The position numbers were made by a program, and so were the translations under genes. Below, one piece after another: positions 56,072-64,000 of a stretch of DNA of 64,000 nucleotides. Position 1 is the first letter of the stretch; each line of letters opens with the position of its first letter. Source of the DNA: Octopus vulgaris (lineage: Eukaryota). The notes under the pieces are model-generated. The model was not told where the DNA came from and made no database searches. It worked only from the letters and a program-made list of their open reading frames with translations. Location: positions 61,256,001 through 61,320,000 of the forward strand of contig OX597817.1 of assembly GCA_951406725.2 (NCBI GenBank), given 5' to 3'.

Positions 56072-56072
<1 letters not shown>
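54875..56072 (+). mobile_element. Near full-length decayed mariner (DD34D) with TIRs
   Basis: CESTVRSWFAKFKAGEFSLED; TGDEKWMVYEN; AMLCVWW..IIYYELL; QLDNTRQH; YSPDTVPSDYHLF; TIRs taggttgtccggaaagctctgagc / gcactcagaacttccctgacaatcta. Confidence 0.9.
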
Positions 56073-56136
<64 letters not shown>

Positions 56137-56139
56137 TAC

Positions 56140-56172
<33 letters not shown>

Positions 56173-56203
56173 GATAGGCAGACAGACAGACAGACAGATA
56201 GAC

Positions 56204-56287
<84 letters not shown>

Positions 56288-56949
56288 CATCTGAAAAATA
56301 ATTACATCAGAAGCCGTTTGGTCCTCATTTTCTTTTACTCTTAGATAAATGTTGAGGAAGCGCGATCAGTCCAACAGGGAAATCTTTTCTTTTCCTTACA
56401 TTTGTTTTTACATATTTAGAATCACGCCATCTTATGTGTCTTTACTTTTCCTAAGACAATAATATGATATGAGAGAGTTATGACTGTTATTTCTAGCCGA
56501 TAGTGTAACCACATTGACGCATTCCTCAATGGTGAGAAGTGTTTTTTCTCAGTGTGTGTGATTTCATTTAAACAAAAAAGTAAAACAAATTGCAGGAGAA
56601 GTTTAATCATGCGTGGCCATCATAATCACGCGATTTAACACCAATAAACCGTTGTTTCCGCACCATACTAGGCATTACAACATAAATAAATCAACAGAAA
56701 ACAAGTAGCCTTGAGCTTATATGAAAAGCAGGTTTAAAAATAGAATATAATGGCCTGACAAAAAAGCAATTATCTAATTTTGTTGGTCATTTCTCTAGTC
56801 ACGTGGACATGATAGCTATTGAGAAAATTTCAAATGAGGGAAACTATTAAAGATTAATGTTAACATTTTTCTTAACATCCATTAAAGGTTTTTTTTTCTT
56901 TTAATGATAATGGGTCTTTTCATTGATATATAGAAAAAGAAATAGCTTA

Positions 56950-57075
56950 TTCTACTCTAGGCACAAAGCCCGAAATTTTGGAGGAGGGTCCAGTCGATTA
57001 GATCGATCCCAGTACGCAAGTGTTACTTAATTTATCGATCTCGAAAGGATGAAAGGCAAAGTCGACCTCAAGGGT
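56950..57075 (-). mobile_element. SINE family A fragment
   Basis: ttaatttatcgatctcgaaaggatgaaaggcaaagtcgacctc. Confidence 0.7.
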
Positions 57076-57205
57076 AGAAAAAGAAATATTGCGGGACTTG
57101 GCCGGATAACTGAAGAGATGGCGGCGTGGATTTCCACCTCGGCATCCGAAACTCGGAGTTTTATTATGGCTACCGAATAATTGTCTCATATTACATTTAC
57201 AGAGG

Positions 57206-57297
<92 letters not shown>

Positions 57298-57650
57298 CGT
57301 ACAAATTTGTACACATACATTGATACAAATTTGTAGAGCAATATATGGAATCATAGAATCATGTGGCCATCACGGAAAGCTCCTCTAGTGGACCGAGTTA
57401 CCACATAGTGATCCAATACCAAATTATTTCACGAGGCGTATATAAAGCATAAAAAGTCAGGAGGTGCAGATTTGTAAATGGACAATCGTAAAGTACATTG
57501 CTTGTGTAAGAGTGCCGACATGTGAAATAAGTTATTTATACATTGAAGCTTGTATCACACGATGAAGGCTGCGAAACGGCCGTAATCCTAGAGATAACAA
57601 GGGAGTAAATCAATATATTCACCTTTCATACTTCCTGATGTTTTATGGTT

Positions 57651-58522
57651 TATACTGGTCTGATCAATAAGTATCCGGACTGTTGCTATAGTAACGAAGC
57701 TAAATCACGCAGAGTAAAACCACTCGGCACAGATTGACCTTGAACTCTGCTGTGCTTTTGTACTAGGTTTCAATGCTGTAGCTTACTTCCACCGTTTACA
57801 GCAGTGCTTGGAAGGAAGGTGTGTAGCGTGTGATCGTCGCTTTGACCATAACAGAGAAAGTGGAGCAGAAAATCTACATCAAATTTGGCCAAAAGTTTGG
57901 CGATACCTGCACAGAGGCCTTTACAAAGTTTTTAAAACATTTTCATCCTTCTCGATACAATCAAGGAAGTCTTGAGCTACTGAAGCCCGAGTGTCTTTTT
58001 GGTCAGCTGAAAGCAGTTTTGGCACAAACTTGCCAGACACCCGTCTCATACCCAAATCTTCAGTGATAATGAACTGAACTGAACCATAACTAATCTGCAT
58101 GTCCTCTGATAACTTATGGGTTGTGATTCGACGATTTCCCCTCACAGCTGCACGCACATCTGCGATGTTTTTCTCAGTTCTGTTGTGGGTCTCCCAGAAC
58201 GTTCATCAATATCGACATTTTTTCGGCCATCTTGGAAACGTCAGAACCACTTGTACACTTGTGTGCGGCTCGTACATTCCTCTCCATACACTTTCTGCAA
58301 CACTGCGTAGGTGTCGTCATGACAACTTTGCCATTGTCAATGCGACGATCACACGCTACACACGTTCCTTCCAAGCACAGCTGTAAGGAGTGGAAGTGAG
58401 CTAGAACGTTAATATTTAAAACACAAGCACAGCAGGGTTCAAGGTCAATCTTTGCTTGACTGCGTAATTTAGCTTTGTTACTATGGCAACAGTCTGGATA
58501 GTTATTGATCAGACCTCGTATA
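57651..58522. mobile_element. Fold-back mariner derivative built from two 5' ends
   Basis: ~190-bp inverted arms (ggtctgatcaataa..tgtagcgtgtgatcgtcgc); transposase N-terminus on + (EQKIYIKFGQKFG) and HTH region on - (VRGNRRITT..ITEDLGMRRVSGKFVPKLLS). Confidence 0.8.
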
Positions 58523-58800
58523 TACGAAGGGATACCCAGAAGAAACCAAAATGTTGCAATATTATTTTAATCACTTTGTTTTTAATGTTTACACTTTTAT
58601 CGCCTTCAAAGTATTTTCCATTTTGAAGCAATGCATCAGTCTCCAGAGGCGTTTCCGAAGCAGTCCTGGGGCTCTTGCAAAGTGACGTCCTTTAGCGCTT
58701 CTGCTGTTTTTTTTTTCACCTCTTCCACGTCTGCAAATATTTTTCTTTAAGGGCTTTTTCCATTCGGGGTAACAAAAAACAAAGTCGCAGGGAGCAATTC
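58523..58800 (-). mobile_element. mariner 3' fragment
   Basis: Reverse complement tgcattgcttc..tactttgaaggcgataaa (..YFEGDK), like 9020-9058. Confidence 0.55.
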
Positions 58801-58974
58801 CTTCGTTTCAGCCAGAGCAAAATCGACGAACAGGGGAGAAGCACTGCGAAACAAACACGCACCACGAAAAAATAGTACTGGAATACCGGAGGTAGAGTAA
58901 TATGCTTTATTAATAAAGCTGCAAATACATCACAAAAATTGTTACTCAGAGTTTAATTCAGAATTGAAACTAAC

Positions 58975-59013
58975 ACTGTCCGACGAACACGAACGTGAAA
59001 CTCTGAGTAACAG
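58975..59013 (+). ncRNA. Minimal hammerhead, CCGACGA variant, in an inverted repeat (arms ~58905-58954 / 58998-59051)
   Basis: ctgt-CCGACGA-AC-acgaac-GT-GAAAC-TCTGA-GTA-acag; same family as 34068. Confidence 0.7.
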
Positions 59014-59055
59014 GGTTTTTTTGTGATGCCTTTGCAGCTTTATTAATAAAGTATA

Positions 59056-59116
<61 letters not shown>

Positions 59117-59189
59117 GTGTGGAACAAGTATAGGACGTGGAACAAGTATAGTGTTATTGGACGCTCAGAAAAGGAAAGAAAGAAGGAGG

Positions 59190-59224
59190 ATTTAACGTTT
59201 CGAACGAAGCTCTTCGTCAGAAAC
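59190..59224 (-). ncRNA. Ultra-minimal hammerhead-like motif (family of 53764)
   Basis: Minus strand: gttt-CTGACGA-a-GAGC-ttc-GTTC-GAAAC-GTT-aaat. Confidence 0.6.
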
Positions 59225-59234
59225 ATAGAAAATA

Positions 59235-59300
<66 letters not shown>

Positions 59301-59332
59301 TACATACATACATACATACATATACACACACA

Positions 59333-59402
<70 letters not shown>

Positions 59403-59529
59403 TATTGGCCTGCTCGCTTAGCCAGCGGGGTGGCGTCATTTGAAGGGTAAAACAATGCGAAGCGCATTGTGACCCGCGATGTGTAGAAATATCTGATAGC
59501 CTGGTCGGTTACGGTGATATATATATATA

Positions 59530-61905
59530 TTTTCTCTTCTCTTTCCTCTGATTCTTTGGTCTAGTCTTCCACTACCCTCCTATTTCTTTGTCTCGCTCTG
59601 CACTCACAGGTCATTCTTCGACACCCATCCCTTCTCCTCTCTGATTCCTTCTTTCTCTCTCTCTCTCTCTTTGTTGCGTTTGTCCCTCCTCTCTCTCTCT
59701 CTTCCTTTGCTTCTCTTTCTTTTCTTTTCCCTCTTCTCTGTCACGTGACTGTTGGCCGAAATCTGCCTTTCAGCCTCTGACCCTCGTTCTGTTAACATCG
59801 CTGTTTTCGTCCGCCACTATAAAGGCTTTTTCCATTGCGCCAGAGAAAAATTTGTTTGCTTGTTATCAGTCGTAAGACACTGTTGTTTTCACCGTTAATG
59901 CTTCTGTATTTCATGTTTCTGTATTCCATTATTGTTTTTTGTTTTTTTATATCTGTCCCTTTTGCTGTCCTGGTGTTCGTATGCATTCGATCCTTCTTCC
60001 AGGAAATCTACGCTTCCAGCTTAGTTTTTCTAATGCTCGTTGCTTGGTTTTTCTTGGAGGGCTGGCCGTGATCTAGTAATCTCAAGATTAATCAGCCGAA
60101 ATTACTACGATGATCCGGTTCTTGACTGAAGACTGAGGGTTTCGAATGTCCTGTCCGTGTTTATTGTGTCGTCTTCTAAGAGTTATACGTTCTTGTCCAT
60201 GTTGTATTTTTCTACATACCTTAACATATATTCCAGGCGCCCCGTACCCCCCTTAACATTTATGTGAGCACATATTCTTAATAATTGGTACGACTCTCTG
60301 TTTGTCTCTCTCTCTCTCTCATTTTTACTTGATCTGTCCCCCTCTCTCTCTTTTCTCTCTACTCATCCTCTTTTTCTCTTCTCTTTCCTCTGATTCTTTG
60401 GTCTAGTCTTCCACTACCCTCCTATTTCTTTGTCTCGCTCTGCACTCACAGGTCATTCTTCGACACCCATCCCTTCTCCTCTCTGATTCCTTCTTTCTCT
60501 CTCTTCTCTCTCTTTGTTGCGTTTGTCCCTCTCTCTCTCTCTCTTCCTTTGCTTCTCTTTCTTTTCTTTTCCCTCTTCTCTGTCACGTGACTGTTGGCCG
60601 AAATCTGCCTTTCAGCCTCTGACCCTCGTTCTGTTAACATCGCTGTTTTCGTCCGCCACTATAAAGGCTTTTTCCATTGCGCCAGAGAAAAATTTGTTTG
60701 CTTGTTATCAGTCGTAAGACACTGTTGTTTTCACCGTTAATGCTTCTGTATTTCATGTTTCTGTATTCCATTATTGTTTTTTGTTTTTTTATATCTGTCC
60801 CTTTTGCTGTCCTGGTGTTCGTATGCATTCGATCCTTCTTCCAGGAAATCTACGCTTCCAGCTTAGTTTTTCTAATGCTCGTTGCTTGGTTTTTCTTGGA
60901 GGGCTGGCCGTGATCTAGTAATCTCAAGATTAATCAGCCGAAATTACTACGATGATCCGGTTCTTGACTGAAGACTGAGGGTTTCGAATGTCCTGTCCGT
61001 GTTTATTGTGTCGTCTTCTAAGAGTTATACGTTCTTGTCCATGTTGTATTTTTCTACATACCTTAACATATATTCCAGGCGCCCCGTACCCCCTTAACAT
61101 TTATGTGAGCACATATTCTTAATAATTGGTACGACTCTCTGTTTGTCTCTCTCTCTCTCTCATTTTTACTTGATCTGTCCCCCTCTCTCTCTTTTCTCTC
61201 TACTCATCCTCTTTTTCTCTTCTCTTTCCTCTGATTCTTTGGTCTAGTCTTCCACTACCCTCCTATTTCTTTGTCTCGCTCTGCACTCACAGGTCATTCT
61301 TCGACACCCATCCCTTCTCCTCTCTGATTCCTTCTTTCTCTCTCTTCTCTCTCTTTGTTGCGTTTGTCCCTCCTCTCTCTCTCTCTTCCTTTGCTTCTCT
61401 TTCTTTTCTTTTCCCTCTTCTCTGTCACGTGACTGTTGGCCGAAATCTGCCTTTCAGCCTCTGACCCTCGTTCTGTTAACATCGCTGTTTTCGTCCGCCA
61501 CTATAAAGGCTTTTTCCATTGCGCCAGAGAAAAAATTTGTTTGCTTGTTATCAGTCGTAAGACACTGTTGTTTTCACCGTTAATGCTTCTGTATTTCATG
61601 TTTCTGTATTCCATTATTGTTTTTTGTTTTTTTATATCTGTCCCTTTTGCTGTCCTGGTGTTCGTATGCATTCGATCCTTCTTCCAGGAAATCTACGCTT
61701 CCAGCTTAGTTTTTCTAATGCTCGTTGCTTGGTTTTTCTTGGAGGGCTGGCCGTGATCTAGTAATCTCAAGATTAATCAGCCGAAATTACTACGATGATC
61801 CGGTTCTTGACTGAAGACTGAGGGTTTCGAATGTCCTGTCCGTGTTTATTGTGTCGTCTTCTAAGAGTTATACGTTCTTGTCCATGTTGTATTTTTCTAC
61901 ATACC

Positions 61906-61908
<3 letters not shown>
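59530..61908. repeat. Tandem array, ~842-bp unit, ~2.8 copies, bounded by (TA)n
   Basis: Identical landmark tcacaggtcattcttcg at 59604, 60446 and 61287; differences seen only in homopolymer and (CT)n lengths. Confidence 0.97.
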
Positions 61909-61992
<84 letters not shown>

Positions 61993-62862
61993 GTATGTAT
62001 ATACCAATAAATTATATATAACTTAGCATAGATATACTTGCCTAAGAAAGTCAAATGTCTATCAGCAGTAGATGGGAATCATTTAGCAGAGGCGGTATGA
62101 TTGCTAAATCCAGATGTCTGTTTGATTTAGCATCCACTAGGAACTGCATACTGAAACATACGTAACCTCTACTGACATACAGAGAAACAGTGGTTGACAA
62201 ATCACTGCTTTCGCAAATAGTCAGCTGATCAGATACAGTGTCTGCTTTTTTAGCACGATACGTCCATTATGCTTTCTCGAAACGAATAACGTAGTCTTCT
62301 CGCTTTCTCATTTTCCCCGCTTTCTGCATTAAGTAAGATATACAGAAAGCCATTCTGAGCTAACTGCTTTCGTCACTAATAACGAATGTGTGTGTGTATA
62401 TACATGTATACATGCCGGTCGTTGTCTCTTCTTCCCACTCCTCTCCTACGCTATCCTCATGGTTCTCTATTCTCTATCTTTCTATCATATCTTTGCTCCA
62501 ATTTTTCACTTTTTCCGGTCCGATTCGAACCAGTCTCCCAGCTTTTAATGGATCTCCTCCAACGCCCCCGACTCAACCTAATAGTCTCACTCAAACCTAC
62601 CCACTCACCCTGTCCCTTCTCACTCGGCCAACTAATATATCCAGCTGGATACAATAAAAAAATGCAAGATGCAGTTTGTTTTCCGCTCCGTCAAATCTGC
62701 TTCCTCAAACCTACGTCCAAGAAATCTACCCAGGGGTGGAGAGGTAGACACACAGACAGACATATAGATATATAAGACTAACAAATAGACATATAGACAA
62801 ACACACAAATAATAGGTAGTTACATTACTTATGCTGATAGATAGATAGATAGACAGACAGAC

Positions 62863-63012
<150 letters not shown>

Positions 63013-63029
63013 TTTGTTGTAGTCTCCTG

Positions 63030-63178
63030 CAGTATCCATCTACCGAATCCACTGACAAGGCATTGGTCAACCGGAGCAAAAGAAAAAAAGACACTTGACC
63101 AAGGTGCCCCACATTGTGACTGAACGTGAAAACTTTGAAGTTGTAAAGCGAACTTCATAACCACACAGCGACGCCTAT
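63030..63178 (-). mobile_element. SINE family B head
   Basis: ccatctaccgaatccact..aaggtgcccacattgtgactgaac..accacacagcgacgcct. Confidence 0.65.
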
Positions 63179-63789
63179 TCACATCGGTTGCAACAAACTG
63201 GCTTTCATGAGTCTAAAGCAAACGGCCGTTTCTGCACATTTTACCAAGTACGATCAATTATTTCTCAGAAGCAAATGATAGATCCGAAGAGAATTGGAAA
63301 TATAAGCAAAAACCATGTTTGCCATGCCGTGAGAATTAGAAAGAAATTCAAGAGAGGGAAGTGGGGGCCTTCATCGAAAAAGAAAGAAGTATACTCTTCT
63401 CCACCGTAAACTTAATCTCCATTTCATCGCACGCTGATTTACAATTTCTGCTGTTTATTTTTCCCATCCTATAAATCATCACAGGCCGAGCGTATTCGAG
63501 TGACGATCTTGACATCAAGAGAAAGCTGTTGTGAATGATGAAGGTTTAAATTAGTCTCAATCAACAATTCCCTTTTAGTCAACAACAGGATCCCACCCTC
63601 CTGTGCAATCAATATCTCCACACAATCCGCTTTCTAATTATGTGTTAATAGAATCACCAGAAAAAAAAAGGGGGACAGTAATTTATAATGCATTGGGAGT
63701 ATGAAGAAAGCGAAGCCCACTAACACTTGGAATTCTTTTATTTTCTTCGTGTAAATCTTCCATCTTAAGAATTAAATCTTACCAGGATA

Positions 63790-63985
63790 CGGTAGCGAGC
63801 TGGCAGAATCGTTTGTATGCCGGACAAAATCCTTAGCGGCAATTCTTCCGGCTCTTTACCTTCCGAGTTCAAATCCTGCCTTTCATCCATCCCGTTGGTA
63901 CGGATAGAATAAAATATGAGTCAAGAACCGGGTTTCGGTGTAATCGACTTGCCCCTCCCCTCCAAATTACCGGCTTTGAATCCTA
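63790..63985 (+). mobile_element. SINE family A copy
   Basis: ggtagcgagctggcagaatcg..gagttcaaatcctgcctttcatcc..gtaatcgacttgcccc. Confidence 0.7.
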
Positions 63986-64000
63986 GAAAGTCCCGTTTAG

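Noticed and set aside
60070-60160. CTGAAGA and nearby GAAA/GAAT words in the 842-bp tandem unit as a hammerhead
   Set aside because: The downstream word is GAAT and stems I and II do not pair; the minus-strand GAAAC-CCTCA-GTC has no upstream CUGANGA.

Overview
This is an AT-rich, microsatellite-saturated eukaryotic window. The SINE families and (TA)n/(CA)n/(TACA)n/(TAGA)n landscape resemble an octopus (cephalopod) genome; that assignment is inferred. No intact cellular gene is evident, and nearly all long ORFs are microsatellite artefacts. The window holds decayed LINEs (CR1/L2-like, RTE, Tx1, R4/Dong), Tc1/mariner relics, a Gypsy 3' end, Penelope-like (PLE) RT and GIY-YIG fragments, many tRNA-derived SINEs, an ~830-bp direct duplication and an ~842-bp tandem array. 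The main hidden signal is a set of non-coding fold-back (inverted-repeat) inserts sitting in or beside (TA)n tracts. Most carry minimal type I hammerhead ribozyme motifs (CUGANGA or CCGANGA ... GAAAC, palindromic stem III, then GUA/GUC/GUU), often on both strands and pointing outward. About a dozen hammerhead-like cores from several families were found by eye, one lying directly 3' of a PLE GIY-YIG ORF. Ribozyme activity is inferred from motif and pairing only.
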